Shown here piece by piece: positions 33,643 through 43,317 of a stretch of DNA of 64,000 bases. The DNA is taken from NCBI GenBank assembly GCA_050013075.1, contig JBEKFZ010000005.1, positions 16,065-80,064 of the forward strand, in the 5' to 3' direction. Origin of the DNA: Thermoguttaceae bacterium (GTDB lineage: Bacteria; Planctomycetota; Planctomycetia; Pirellulales; Thermoguttaceae). The notes beneath the pieces are model-generated. The model made no database searches. It saw nothing but the letters and a program-made list of their open reading frames with translations, and was not told the DNA's origin. How positions within the stretch are numbered: the first letter of the stretch is position 1; the number at the start of each line of letters is the position of its first letter. A program made the position numbers and the translations under genes.

Positions 33643-35265
33643 ATGTTGCGGAAAAACCTTTTGATGTGGAGTGTGGTGGCTTTATTTATTTTGGTAATAC
33701 ATTCAAAAAGTCTTGCACAGATAACAACTACTTGGACCGGCTTGGAAGGATCGAATTGGTCTAGCACAAATTGGACGGCTGGTGAGCCAACCTCTTCTGT
33801 TCAGGCTATTCTCGACAATGGTGATACGGCAATCATCAATCAAACAGGAGAGGCTTGCGGAACCCTTACTCTTGGTAGCACGACCATTGGAGTGGGTAAG
33901 ATTGAAATTTCAGGAAACGCTCTTGGTGATGGGCAATTGTTTACGCATGTGGATGAGAACATTGGTAATTACGGTACAGGTAATTTCAATCAGACTGCTG
34001 GAACAAATCATGTTGGCAATTACTTCAATATCGGCTATTACTCTGGGTCCAATGGAACATATAACCTGACAGGCCCAGGACAATTAACATCGGTTGCAAC
34101 CGAGTTTGTTGGTCGTTATGGCACGGGCACATTTAACCAATCAGCAGGAACCAATACTACTCTTGTTACTATTTGGGTTGGAGCAAATTCAGGCTCTATA
34201 GGGAATTATAACCTTAGCAATACAGGTCAAGTTTCATCTGGCTGGGAGCTAATTGGCGAGAGTGGTTTTGGAACATTTAAACAATCGGGCGGAATTAACA
34301 CAATTTCCAATTATTTAGCTCTAGGCTTTGCCTACAATGGCAATGGAACGTACAACCTTACAGGAGGTACTCTAATCCTAAACCAGATCAGAATCGGTTA
34401 CGGTGCTGCAAAGTTTAACTTTGGCGGTGGAACACTCCAAGCAAACGGGACGCTCTCCACGACGTTACCGATGACACTGACAGGTGATGGGGGCGATGCG
34501 AATGTGGATACTGCTGGAAACACGGTAACATTAGATGGCATTCTCTCCGGTACGGGCGGACTCAATAAACTGGGAGCAAACACGCTGACCCTCGGTGCCA
34601 ATAACAGCTACATAGGATCTACGACGATCATGACCGGAACTCTGGTTCTTGGCAGCACCGCAACACTTACCAGCGATGTGATTAGCGTGGCAAACGGAGC
34701 ATACTTCGATGTTTTGGCCGTAAGCGGTGGATATAGCTTGGGAGCGGCACAAACATTAAAAGGATCGGGAACGATTGTTGGAAATGTGACCATCAACGGC
34801 ATTCATGCACCTGGCGATTCGCCTGGCGTCGAGACGGTACAGGGAAATTACAATATGCTGGGGCAACTGCAAATCGAAATTAAGGGGACCACCGCTGGCA
34901 CGGGCTATGATCAGGTGCTTTTGAGCGGATCGAGTGCTTACAATGCCACGCTCGGCGGCACGCTCACGCTCAATTGGGCAGACATGAATGGCTCTACGGA
35001 TTCGACCCAGCTTTGGATTCTTGAAAACGACACAGCCGGAACCCTTTCGGGCGTGTTCAGTAATTACGCCAACGGTGCATCTTTAGGCAATTACGACGGC
35101 CACGACTGGTATATTTGGTACGGGGCAGATGCCGCCACCGGCAACCTCACCGGCGGCAATGATGTGCTTATCTCCGCAGTACCCGAACCCAGCATGATCG
35201 TCTTGTTGATGACCGCCGCATTGGGAATTGGCGTTGGCTCTTTCCAACGGAAAGGGCATAAGTAA
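33643..35265 (+). CDS. Autotransporter-associated beta-strand-repeat protein with PEP-CTERM anchor
   Basis: Signal peptide MLRKNLLMWSVVALFILVIHSKSLAQ. Repeats GTGxFNQSxGTN and LNKLGANTLTLGANNSYIGSTTIMTGTLVLGS. C-terminal VPEPSMIVLLMTAALGIGVGSFQRKGHK. The ORF-track GTG start at 33544 is probably too far upstream. Confidence 0.85.
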   Translation: MLRKNLLMWSVVALFILVIHSKSLAQITTTWTGLEGSNWSSTNWTAGEPTSSVQAILDNGDTAIINQTGEACGTLTLGSTTIGVGKIEISGNALGDGQLFTHVDENIGNYGTGNFNQTAGTNHVGNYFNIGYYSGSNGTYNLTGPGQLTSVATEFVGRYGTGTFNQSAGTNTTLVTIWVGANSGSIGNYNLSNTGQVSSGWELIGESGFGTFKQSGGINTISNYLALGFAYNGNGTYNLTGGTLILNQIRIGYGAAKFNFGGGTLQANGTLSTTLPMTLTGDGGDANVDTAGNTVTLDGILSGTGGLNKLGANTLTLGANNSYIGSTTIMTGTLVLGSTATLTSDVISVANGAYFDVLAVSGGYSLGAAQTLKGSGTIVGNVTINGIHAPGDSPGVETVQGNYNMLGQLQIEIKGTTAGTGYDQVLLSGSSAYNATLGGTLTLNWADMNGSTDSTQLWILENDTAGTLSGVFSNYANGASLGNYDGHDWYIWYGADAATGNLTGGNDVLISAVPEPSMIVLLMTAALGIGVGSFQRKGHK

Positions 35266-35347
35266 AGCAGAGCAACAACACACCCATCAGTAAACGTGTG
35301 CTGTTTGTTGGTCTGCTCGTAGGAGTCTAACTGAAAGAGGGAGACCC

Positions 35348-35590
35348 ATGCTCAAGCGAAACAAACTGGAAACAGTGTTACTGAAAATTACCGACAACGA
35401 ATTCAATGCCGTCTGGAAGGACGCCTATGGTGATGTCCCAAGTGGTGAGCGTTCGGATCTGATTAGGGATTTTGTGGCTGAACAATACGACGAAGAGTTG
35501 GACGGCTGTATCAAACGTGCCGAATCATTTTTAAATCCCGTTCCAAAACCCAAGCCCAAGCCTAAAAATAGGTGGCTCTGTCCTCGCTAG
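35348..35590 (+). CDS. Hypothetical protein (80 aa)
   Basis: ORF with a GAGGGAG Shine-Dalgarno sequence. No domain recognised. Confidence 0.45.
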   Translation: MLKRNKLETVLLKITDNEFNAVWKDAYGDVPSGERSDLIRDFVAEQYDEELDGCIKRAESFLNPVPKPKPKPKNRWLCPR

Positions 35591-35725
35591 CCAGCACGGC
35601 TTCGTCGTGCGTATAGTCGCTCTACTTGTCTGCTTCGACCCACTTGCGTAATGACACAGTAACAGTACAATTGACCAATCGACAATCGTAAGTGGGCATC
35701 AGTTCAAATAATCAGGAATTCACAA

Positions 35726-35923
35726 ATGGCTGAAGGCATCATCAAAAAGTTGACGAACAAGGGCTTTGGGTTTATCAAAACGGAGAAGGAAAAAGACCTG
35801 TTCTTCCACTCCTCCGCTCTCCAAGGCGTCAGTTTCGACGAACTGCATGAAGGACAAAAAGTATCCTACACGGAAGGGCGGAGTCCGAAAGGCCCCTGTG
35901 CCGAGAACGTGAAGCCGATATAG
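35726..35923 (+). CDS. Cold-shock domain protein (CspA family)
   Basis: KGFGFI (RNP-1) and LFFHSS (RNP-2-like), 65 aa. Confidence 0.9.
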   Translation: MAEGIIKKLTNKGFGFIKTEKEKDLFFHSSALQGVSFDELHEGQKVSYTEGRSPKGPCAENVKPI

Positions 35924-35955
35924 TTTCGCTAGTCAGCACAGCAAGAGGTTTCATC

Positions 35956-36387
35956 GTGCGTATCGTCACTCAACTCGCCTGCTTCTGTTATTGGATACTG
36001 CTCACAGTCCTGCTCCTGGTTCCCAACCCAGCCGCACTAGTCCACCTGCAAAGAGTCCCAACCTTTCCTTGGGGCAAATTTGGAATTCACCTGATTGCCT
36101 TCACCATCCTGAGTGTCCTGGTACATACAACTCGGTGGCCGAAACGCTCCTGGTGGCCCCTGATCGCTATTCTCGTATTGTATGGCCTTACCACGGAAAC
36201 GCTGCAACTCTTCGTACCTCATCGTACCGCTCGGGTAATGGACGCCGTTGAAAACATTCTCGGAATTGCCATTGGAGCAGGAATTTATTGGCTTGCTCGA
36301 CGATTGAGGGAGATATGCCTAAAGAGCAATCTTGCTGCTGGGTCAGTGAAGCACATCGCTGAAGCGGACGCAACCGATGTGCGATAA
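35956..36387 (+). CDS. VanZ-like membrane protein
   Basis: Four hydrophobic helices and ...TTETLQLFVPHRTARVMDAVENILGIAIGAGIYW, typical of the VanZ family. GTG start. Confidence 0.7.
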   Translation: MRIVTQLACFCYWILLTVLLLVPNPAALVHLQRVPTFPWGKFGIHLIAFTILSVLVHTTRWPKRSWWPLIAILVLYGLTTETLQLFVPHRTARVMDAVENILGIAIGAGIYWLARRLREICLKSNLAAGSVKHIAEADATDVR

Positions 36388-36469
36388 AGTGACAGATTTG
36401 GAACGAATCCTGTCACGCCTTTCCCTCAACAGTCGGAAGGCCCGCTCTTAGTGGAATAGGAAAACATGA

Positions 36470-36512
36470 AAAAACGCCCTGCTATCACTCGATAATAAGC
36501 AGGGCGTTTTTA
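36470..36512. terminator. Bidirectional intrinsic terminator between vanZ-like and lipoprotein genes
   Basis: AAAAACGCCCTGCT pairs with AGCAGGGCGTTTTT, with A-/T-runs on both sides. Confidence 0.65.
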
Positions 36513-36535
36513 TTGGCAACAATGTTGTATTGCTT

Positions 36536-36901
36536 TTAGAGTTCATCTATCAGTCTGGCCGCCGTCTTTTTGGCATCAGACTTAAGCTCTTTAACATCCG
36601 TCTTGGCCTCTTTGGTCACTTCCTTCACTGCTTCGGCTTCCACCTTTTTGGTATCGACCTTTATTTTTTCGACATCGACCCTGGCCTTCTCGGCTGTCCT
36701 ATCAAGATCAACTTGGACCTTTTCGGCAGGCCCCCTATCGTTGGTTACCCTCTCTTTCTCGATCACTTCTCTCCTGGCTTGATTTGTATCGGAGTTGAAC
36801 TTGGGAGTCTTGTCCCGAGCCTCTCTGGCATCATGGCTGCGTCCACAACCAATGCAAAACAACGTCAGCCCCATCAATACAGCTAATGCAATTCCTTTCA
36901 T
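36536..36901 (-). CDS. Lipoprotein with K/E-rich repeats
   Basis: MKGIALAVLMGLTLFCIGCG is a signal peptide with lipobox. Repetitive KVDxxK/EAK segments follow. Confidence 0.7.
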   Translation of the reverse strand: MKGIALAVLMGLTLFCIGCGRSHDAREARDKTPKFNSDTNQARREVIEKERVTNDRGPAEKVQVDLDRTAEKARVDVEKIKVDTKKVEAEAVKEVTKEAKTDVKELKSDAKKTAARLIDEL

Positions 36902-37329
36902 CGAAGAATCTCCTTTCTAGGGTTTAGTAGACTGGACCATCCTTGGTGGAACCCATTTGATGATCTATTCACTGCCCAAAATTGTACTTTTACCAACAAG
37001 AAGACTGCAATAGCAATAATTTCTAAAATTTACTAACCAAATAAACATCGCCGAGGATGGCCATTTCGCCGATGGTTTATGCACAAGCAAGTGTTTTCCT
37101 AAAATCTCACGAAATTTAAAGCTGGTTATCGTTGCTTGTTCTTGGACTTGGACTTAATGTTGTCTCAATATTTTGCTCGGTCTCACCTCATTTCTCAGCT
37201 ACACAATGCCACTAAGGCGGGCCAGACACAGAAACACAAGGGCGGATTGGTGCAACGAGGGATTTTGACTCGCTCCTAGCTATCGGACAGATTTGCTTTC
37301 TCCATCTGCCTCGAACTCCGCTCGGAAGA

Positions 37330-37794
37330 TCAACTCAACGCCTTCCGCTTCTCCTCGATAAACTGAATATGATGAGGGATGTGACGGCTTCTTCGCTGAA
37401 CTAAAGCTTCCAACGTCTGAGGCCCGACCTCCGAATGGATGCCCCGGCGTTGGAAATCCTCGGGCTTCAGGGTGCGAAGAATCCGTGCCACTTGCTTGCG
37501 GATCAATTCGATCAGGAGGAGTTCCTCTTCGGCATTCCGCTGATGATAGGCCAACCGAGCGGCAAATATCTTCTCGTCCCCGCCGAACAGTGTCGGCTCG
37601 TTCTCGGCGATCACCCGCTTAATACGGTCAGCACCAACGATCTCGAAGTCAGCCAAGTGGCAGATGACTTCCAAAGTGGACCATTTGCCGGGAACGGGGC
37701 GAGCAACAAGCTGCTCCTGGGTCATGCCAGCCACAGCCTGCCGTAGCAGTTGGGGGCCGGCAAGGTAGTCGTCGATAAGCATTATAGGTTCCAT
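37330..37794 (-). CDS. DinB-family (DinB_2-like) protein
   Basis: From the internal M: MEPIMLIDDYLAGPQLLRQAVAGMTQEQLVARPVPGKWSTLEVICHLADFE...HIPHHIQFIEE, a His-triad four-helix pattern. Confidence 0.7.
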   Translation of the reverse strand: MEPIMLIDDYLAGPQLLRQAVAGMTQEQLVARPVPGKWSTLEVICHLADFEIVGADRIKRVIAENEPTLFGGDEKIFAARLAYHQRNAEEELLLIELIRKQVARILRTLKPEDFQRRGIHSEVGPQTLEALVQRRSRHIPHHIQFIEEKRKALS

Positions 37795-37918
37795 TGTGTG
37801 TCTCCAAGTTAATTGCCCACTTACTAATGATACCAACTTCCCTGCCGTTTCCAACGATGCCACTTGCCTCTCTCGGAGCTTCAGCGATAATGGCAATGCT
37901 TGGTGACACTGGGGGCGG

Positions 37919-38314
37919 TTATTCCATACTTCCCCCGTCCCACTCATGCTTTGGATCGGGATAGAAAGTAAGCCCATTCACTCGACCAGTATTCATGAGG
38001 CCAACCGTTAATATCCACCCCCCAGTGACCTTCGCACGTCTAAAATCGAGGAGGAGGTTGGAAGTAACGAGTTGCTGGAAAACCAATTCAGTCTTCTTAG
38101 CCCCAGGCTTCTCGGGTGTAACATCGTCGGCATAAGCAACCGAAGAAAACGAAGGCGATGGTATTCGGCTGTTCTTACACAGTCTATAACCAATCATGAA
38201 CAGTCCTACGACTAAGCGAGTCTCCTGTCTTATTACGTCACCTTCGTCACCGATGTCATTACCCCAGGGGTATTTGTGCAGAATGGTGCAGGATGGTGCA
38301 AATAAGTCGGCCAA
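37919..38314 (-). CDS. Hypothetical protein
   Basis: ORF only; no motif recognised and the start is uncertain. Confidence 0.3.
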   Translation of the reverse strand: MADLFAPSCTILHKYPWGNDIGDEGDVIRQETRLVVGLFMIGYRLCKNSRIPSPSFSSVAYADDVTPEKPGAKKTELVFQQLVTSNLLLDFRRAKVTGGWILTVGLMNTGRVNGLTFYPDPKHEWDGGSME

Positions 38315-38317
38315 ACA

Positions 38318-38412
38318 TGACGTAAATGAGCCCCATGTGACGCAAGGAATTTTGGCCGTGACGCAAATCCCGTTCCAATTTCTGTGAAATGATGCAAATG
38401 ACGGCAGTGACG
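38318..38412. promoter_or_regulatory. Array of five TGACG-core repeats (candidate operator region)
   Basis: aTGACGtAA 38317-38325, gTGACGcAA 38337-38345, gTGACGcAA 38358-38366, aTGACGgcA 38398-38406, gTGACGggcAA 38407-38417. The first three are spaced 20-21 bp apart. Confidence 0.35.
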
Positions 38413-38553
38413 GGCAATCCTGGCCACTCCGAACGATTACAAAGAATTATAACAAACAGAGCGAATTTTAGGTAGATTTCGCTTGATGTTTTTCCGAAAT
38501 CACGGCTCATGTGTGTATGGACAAACCAACCCCGAATCCCAAGGAGCATACCC

Positions 38554-38682
38554 ATGTACGTAATTGAGATTACCAACGATTTGATGATGGTTTTGGATGA
38601 AGACGGCAATGGCTACGATTGCCATGAGTTGACCTCGCTTGCCGAAGCCCAGAATCAACTGAAAAAATGGAAGCATGAATAA
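38554..38682 (+). CDS. Small hypothetical protein (42 aa) with strong Shine-Dalgarno sequence
   Basis: AAGGAGC lies 6 nt upstream of the ATG. Translation: MYVIEITNDLMMVLDEDGNGYDCHELTSLAEAQNQLKKWKHE. Below the ORF-track length cut-off. Confidence 0.45.
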   Translation: MYVIEITNDLMMVLDEDGNGYDCHELTSLAEAQNQLKKWKHE

Positions 38683-38689
38683 TCCTTCG

Positions 38690-38785
38690 ATTATCCCTGG
38701 GGTTGTTCTGGTAGGGCCGGATGCTGTCTATCGGAACGTACTCGATCTTCAGCTTGGCAACGTTCGCTGGTTTCTTTTTCACCAT
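38690..38785 (-). pseudogene. N-terminal stub of a ParB-like-domain gene (truncated)
   Basis: MVKKKPANVAKLKIEYVPIDSIRPYQNNPRDN is a ParB/Srx-fold N-terminal signature. Resemblance stops after ~32 codons, exactly where the plus-strand small ORF ends. Confidence 0.5.
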
Positions 38786-38789
38786 GAAT

Positions 38790-40820
38790 TTATCTCCTTT
38801 TCGTTTGTTGAAACCAGCTTTCCGCACTCATCTGAGCGGGGGCCGCTAGTTTATGTATGTCTCCGGTAAGGCTGAACCCCAGCATGTTTCCCGCCACACT
38901 TGCAAGCGCCGCACCATCGAGCCAGTGGTTTGCCCCGTGCTTCTCCCACGTCCGCACCAGCCCTTTGCCCTCCACCATCTCCTGCTTAATCTGCTCCGAT
39001 GCAAAATGCCGCGAGAGCTTGTTGTGCCGCTCTTTTTGCATCTTGTCGCTGCCGGGATCGTAGAGCGTGACCGCCCCAGGCTGATCCGTCGGTATGCGCA
39101 GACCGGCCTGCAACCATAATTTCCAGAGGTCGGAGTCCAAGGTGATTGCGCAGGACCGATGCTCTTTGCTCCTAGCCAAGAACCATCCGTCGCCGATTCT
39201 CCGGACCACGTTGTCGGTCCTCCGGGGCGCCCGGTACTTCATTTTCTGCATCTGCGATTCACCCCGGCCGAGGGTCGCGTACCAGCGGGCATTCTCCGCC
39301 GGCCAGGTCCCCGATTCCTTGCAAAACGTGTGAATTACCTGCGGGAGATAGCCGGCGTCAATAAGCACAAGGTCCGGCACACGCCTGTGCGCAGAGCCGT
39401 GCACCGGCCAGCCCCGCAAAACCTGTTCCCGAAAATCCCGCAAGGCCGAGAGCACGGCCACTTGCTCTTGTATATCGTCGCTATAGACCTCGATTGCCCC
39501 ATAATCAGGTATATGAATTCGCTTGTCGGCCCGGAAGCAGAGGCAAAGATACCACGAGGTGTACTTGCCCACGTCCACACCTATCGTCATAAACTCCGTA
39601 TCGGCTGGAACTTCCATCGGTCCGATGTTCTCTTTGCGTTGCTGCACCACCTTGTAGTCGATTCTCGATGTGTCCACCGTCGGTGGCTCGTAAGGTAGGC
39701 ACCAACGAAACTGCCTGAGCGCCTTCTCGGCGTTGTCCTGGTCGGCCGCGTTCTTCCCCTGCCATTCCTCCGCCGCCAACTCCGCCGCGTCGGTAAAAAG
39801 ATTATGGTAAGCAGACCAACGAAAGCCGAGCGTCCTCGTGGGTGGCATTGGACCTACAATATGACCATCGTCGGTAATCTCTTGGCCTTTATGCACCAAC
39901 TTAGCTTTGTGATTCGATTCGACTCGTTCATCTTCGGTTATTTCTTGGCCGCAAGCCGGACAAGACCACTTAGCCGATGCCCGGGCGTCCTCTTCCGTTT
40001 CCGATTCCTGCCAGCCTATGAGTTGTTCGCGTTCCATGCACACAAAAGCGCGACAATGCGGACAGGGCGTCATTATCCGGCTGGCCGATCCGGTCTCGTA
40101 ATAATTCCATGTGGGATTTTCCGCGGTCGTAACCGTGCATTCTTGATAAATGATACTGCGGTCCTTGTAGGCTCGCGTTCGACCTTCGAGTTGTTTCAAC
40201 TTATCCGCTTCGAGTGATGTTTCGGTCGATCTGGCAAAATCATCGGTCTCTGTAACAACGAGCACCCGGGCCGTGAAGCTCGCCCGGGCCTTGTCTGAAC
40301 CGCCAGCAGTCATAAAGCGGAGCGTGGCCCCATTTCTGAACCGGACCGCCATCACCTTGCCACCCTTTGATCCGCCGCCACGCAAGGGCAATAGGTATCG
40401 GTATCTTGTCTTCTCGATAACCGGCAGTATGTCCTCGTTCCATTTGTCCGAGACCAGATCCATCGTCGGCACACCACAAACAACAGTCTCCTGCATCTCG
40501 AACAAGTGATAGCATATTGGAATTGCAAAACCATTCAGACTTTTTCCGCATTGCTGTGGGCCTGTAACATTCCGCCGCCGCCAATAGTGATAGCCGGTAA
40601 CTGGATCTCGCCGGTCATGTTCTTGAAGCAACAAGCGGGTGAATGGCTGCCTATCGCAATTAAATCTTCGACCTTCGTATGGCCCAGTGGGTAGTATTAT
40701 CTCGCTCTCGGCGAATTCCAACATCGACCGGAGCCGCGGCGGTCGGGCCGATCGGCAGAACTTCAGGCCATCGCCATAAGCGGCGGCCAGACTATTCGTG
40801 CTTGTTGCCATTATCGTCAT
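38790..40820 (-). CDS. terL: Phage terminase large subunit (GpA type)
   Basis: FAESEIILPTGPYEGRRFNCDRQPFTRLLL, P-loop GPQQCGKS, and Zn ribbon CPHCRAFVC...WSCPACGQEI. 676 aa. Confidence 0.85.
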   Translation of the reverse strand: MTIMATSTNSLAAAYGDGLKFCRSARPPRLRSMLEFAESEIILPTGPYEGRRFNCDRQPFTRLLLQEHDRRDPVTGYHYWRRRNVTGPQQCGKSLNGFAIPICYHLFEMQETVVCGVPTMDLVSDKWNEDILPVIEKTRYRYLLPLRGGGSKGGKVMAVRFRNGATLRFMTAGGSDKARASFTARVLVVTETDDFARSTETSLEADKLKQLEGRTRAYKDRSIIYQECTVTTAENPTWNYYETGSASRIMTPCPHCRAFVCMEREQLIGWQESETEEDARASAKWSCPACGQEITEDERVESNHKAKLVHKGQEITDDGHIVGPMPPTRTLGFRWSAYHNLFTDAAELAAEEWQGKNAADQDNAEKALRQFRWCLPYEPPTVDTSRIDYKVVQQRKENIGPMEVPADTEFMTIGVDVGKYTSWYLCLCFRADKRIHIPDYGAIEVYSDDIQEQVAVLSALRDFREQVLRGWPVHGSAHRRVPDLVLIDAGYLPQVIHTFCKESGTWPAENARWYATLGRGESQMQKMKYRAPRRTDNVVRRIGDGWFLARSKEHRSCAITLDSDLWKLWLQAGLRIPTDQPGAVTLYDPGSDKMQKERHNKLSRHFASEQIKQEMVEGKGLVRTWEKHGANHWLDGAALASVAGNMLGFSLTGDIHKLAAPAQMSAESWFQQTKRR

Positions 40821-41466
40821 CTTCTATCTCGCTTTTGCCTTCTAAATCAGCATTTATATTCTGCATGAAAATCCGCTCGGCATCGACCAGTCCTTCCAGT
40901 ACTATTGCCAAGGCTTCCGGTCCGCACTGTCTTTGCAGCGTGTCGAACGTCTGCCGCAACGATGCTGCCGCTATGGCCCATGCCTGCTGCGTTTCGTCGG
41001 ATCTTCTCCAAAGTCCCTTCTCCCGTTCAAACGCAAATTCTTCTCTCTTGGCCTTTATCAACCTCAATCTTTCCAATGAAGCCGTAGGCGGGCCGCCAAG
41101 CAAACCCTCGGCCTGATCCTTGAGAATCTTGCTTCCATGTTGAGCCAAAAAGTCGTGAAACCATTTTATAACCTCGAATAAATTGACTATCTTTTCAGAA
41201 CATGGAATTCCGTACAATGCTTTCTGGCCGTTGAGTATCTTAGCCTGCCGGCCGGAAAGTCGAATGTAATGCTTCTGCGGAACCGTCTTGTAGTATTCGA
41301 TTCGCAGGCGTTCTTCCCGGTCGCGGTCTGCCCGTTTGATAGCGGCCTGCTGTTGGGGGGTCGGCAGTTTCCCTTCTGCCTTTCGCTTTTGGGCTTCTCG
41401 GATGAGTTGGATGTCGAGGGCCGCCGAGGCTGATAGGGAAGCATCATTAGAATACGCCATATACAA
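40792..41466 (-). CDS. Probable terminase small subunit / DNA-binding packaging protein
   Basis: Lies immediately upstream of terL and overlaps it by 29 nt. The HTH-like segment is KTVPQKHYIRLSGRQAKILNGQKALYGIP. The assignment is positional. Confidence 0.5.
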   Translation of the reverse strand: MYMAYSNDASLSASAALDIQLIREAQKRKAEGKLPTPQQQAAIKRADRDREERLRIEYYKTVPQKHYIRLSGRQAKILNGQKALYGIPCSEKIVNLFEVIKWFHDFLAQHGSKILKDQAEGLLGGPPTASLERLRLIKAKREEFAFEREKGLWRRSDETQQAWAIAAASLRQTFDTLQRQCGPEALAIVLEGLVDAERIFMQNINADLEGKSEIEDDDNGNKHE

Positions 41467-41544
41467 GGCATCTTGCTTGTTTATAAAGGCGCAGCTCCCA
41501 AGAATGATGATAAATCATCGGGAAAAGACTGTCAAGTGTTTAAT

Positions 41545-42405
41545 TTAGCAGTTTGCATGTTGCCACTGGTTCTTTTGTGTTTTGTGCGGATGAACTTTGA
41601 TGGTTTCACCGGGTTCTATCCACTTTAAACATTTGCGACAGAGAACTTTGTACTGAGCCCGCGTCGTACCCTTGCCGTTTTTGCCGTTTGCTTTGTGGTC
41701 GTCGTCGTCGCGGATCATCGGCACGCCGAACCGTTCGGGTAGATCGGTATTGCTTCGGGCGTATGGTGCTATCTGCTGCAATGCCAGGCCGATCGACCAG
41801 GCGTTATCACAGGCTTCAAACCGGCCGAGCCCTTTCGGTATCGCTTTCAAGGCCCTGCCGGTCTCCAACTTCCAAACTCTTTTCACGAGCCGCCCCATGG
41901 CATTTCGGAAACCTTTGCCCGATCCATCAAACTCGTACACTTCGCACCGGCGAATAAAGCGGTCCGACAGATTGTGCAAATTGTTGGTAGTGAAGATCAC
42001 CACCGTTTTTTGTGAAAGGTGTTCCAAACCATCGAGCCACATGATTTCGGCATTCTCGGTCATGCGGTCAGCCTCGTTGATTATTGCAACCTTCCAGCCG
42101 GAACCGCCGAGAGGCTTTAGGCGTAGCGAATGCAACAAATCTTCGACTGCCCGGCCGTCTTGGGTGCCAGACGCTATCTCGCTGACTCCTCCCCAATCTG
42201 GATCACAGCCCAACTCCGCAGCGATGGTCCAGGCCGCGGCCGTTTTACCGACGCCACTTGGGCCGGCGAAGATAAACACGGCCGAGCTGGGCACCTTGAG
42301 AAATGATCGCAAGGACCTGACAACTTTCGGCTGGCCAACCAGTCCCGACAGGCGAGAGGGTTGATATTTTCCAGTCAATCCGACCCCATTCGAAAAGGCA
42401 ATCAT
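41545..42405 (-). CDS. AAA+ ATPase, clamp-loader (RFC/DnaX)-like, with C-terminal Zn ribbon
   Basis: From the internal M (ATGA overlap with the upstream gene): FIFAGPSGVGKT (Walker A), VAIINEADRM (Walker B), VIFTTNN (sensor 1), CRKCLKW...HANC. Confidence 0.7.
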   Translation of the reverse strand: MIAFSNGVGLTGKYQPSRLSGLVGQPKVVRSLRSFLKVPSSAVFIFAGPSGVGKTAAAWTIAAELGCDPDWGGVSEIASGTQDGRAVEDLLHSLRLKPLGGSGWKVAIINEADRMTENAEIMWLDGLEHLSQKTVVIFTTNNLHNLSDRFIRRCEVYEFDGSGKGFRNAMGRLVKRVWKLETGRALKAIPKGLGRFEACDNAWSIGLALQQIAPYARSNTDLPERFGVPMIRDDDDHKANGKNGKGTTRAQYKVLCRKCLKWIEPGETIKVHPHKTQKNQWQHANC

Positions 42406-43304
42406 GGCTTTACTCCTATTTGTGGCGTGTCCTGGGGGCCGTTTATAGGCTCCGTGTGCTCTCCGGCCAGCTCCGGTGTTCCGATATGCCCCTGATCGGC
42501 CGGCGTAATTGTGGTGCTTCCGGTGTCTTTTGGGGCCAAATCCCGGATTTCGGCCGGTATATTGGCGCGTTTTCCGCTCCACGAGCCTCCGCCCCACCAG
42601 AAGCCGGCAGCTTTAAGGGCGTTCAGGACTTCCCGGGCCGGCTTTTCGGCGAAGGTGATCGAAACGTATTCGCCTTCCCCCTCGACCAAAATGCCGGCCG
42701 GCGTATCGGCCGCGACTGCTGATCGGGCCTGCCGCCGCTCGATTTCCTCTATCCGCTGCTTCATGCGCCGGATATTCGCGTTGTTGTTTGTGGTGGCATA
42801 GCTCGGAAAACCATACCTCCCCATAAAATCCGGCGTGAATAGCTTGGTGACTTGACCTTCCTTGAGACCGAGAGCCAGCAATTCAACCACCTTCTCAGGC
42901 GTCGATTCGTTTTTCGGTTTCCGCCGAACTATCGCATTGACGGCCCTCATAACCTCTTGGAGTTTTTCGGCATCGGCGATTTTCGCGGTGAGTTGTTCGA
43001 CGGCATCGACATCATCCGAGAAAACGCTTCGAGTAAGTTGATGCTCAAGTCCGCCCGCTTTGCTGATATGATGCGCGGCCATGTCTTGCGATTCGCAGCC
43101 GCGCCTCATGGCGTTGTCGTGTTTATCCAAGGCTCGCTGGTGATGACGTTCGCTATGGTGGCCAACCAAGATCGGTTGACCGAAAGGAATACCGGCGACT
43201 GCGTTGTCGGCCGCTTTGAATGCCGCGGCGGCCTTGGCTTTGCGGGTCTGTGCCCACTCTCGGCGTTTATCCAATTTTTGTTCTAGTCTTTCGCGTCTTG
43301 TCAT
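42402..43304 (-). CDS. DUF3560-like phage/plasmid protein
   Basis: From the internal M with an AGGAGC Shine-Dalgarno sequence: MTRRERLEQKLDKRREWAQ...GIPFGQPILVGHHSERHHQRALDKHD. The family name is from memory of this motif. Confidence 0.55.
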   Translation of the reverse strand: MTRRERLEQKLDKRREWAQTRKAKAAAAFKAADNAVAGIPFGQPILVGHHSERHHQRALDKHDNAMRRGCESQDMAAHHISKAGGLEHQLTRSVFSDDVDAVEQLTAKIADAEKLQEVMRAVNAIVRRKPKNESTPEKVVELLALGLKEGQVTKLFTPDFMGRYGFPSYATTNNNANIRRMKQRIEEIERRQARSAVAADTPAGILVEGEGEYVSITFAEKPAREVLNALKAAGFWWGGGSWSGKRANIPAEIRDLAPKDTGSTTITPADQGHIGTPELAGEHTEPINGPQDTPQIGVKP

Positions 43305-43317
43305 GGCTTTGCTCCTT

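Noticed and set aside
38570-38827. Treating the whole 85-aa minus-strand ORF as an intact ParB-like gene
   Set aside because: Only the ~32 residues after the internal M look ParB-like. The remainder is low quality and overlaps a plus-strand ORF with a strong Shine-Dalgarno sequence. Called as a truncated stub instead.
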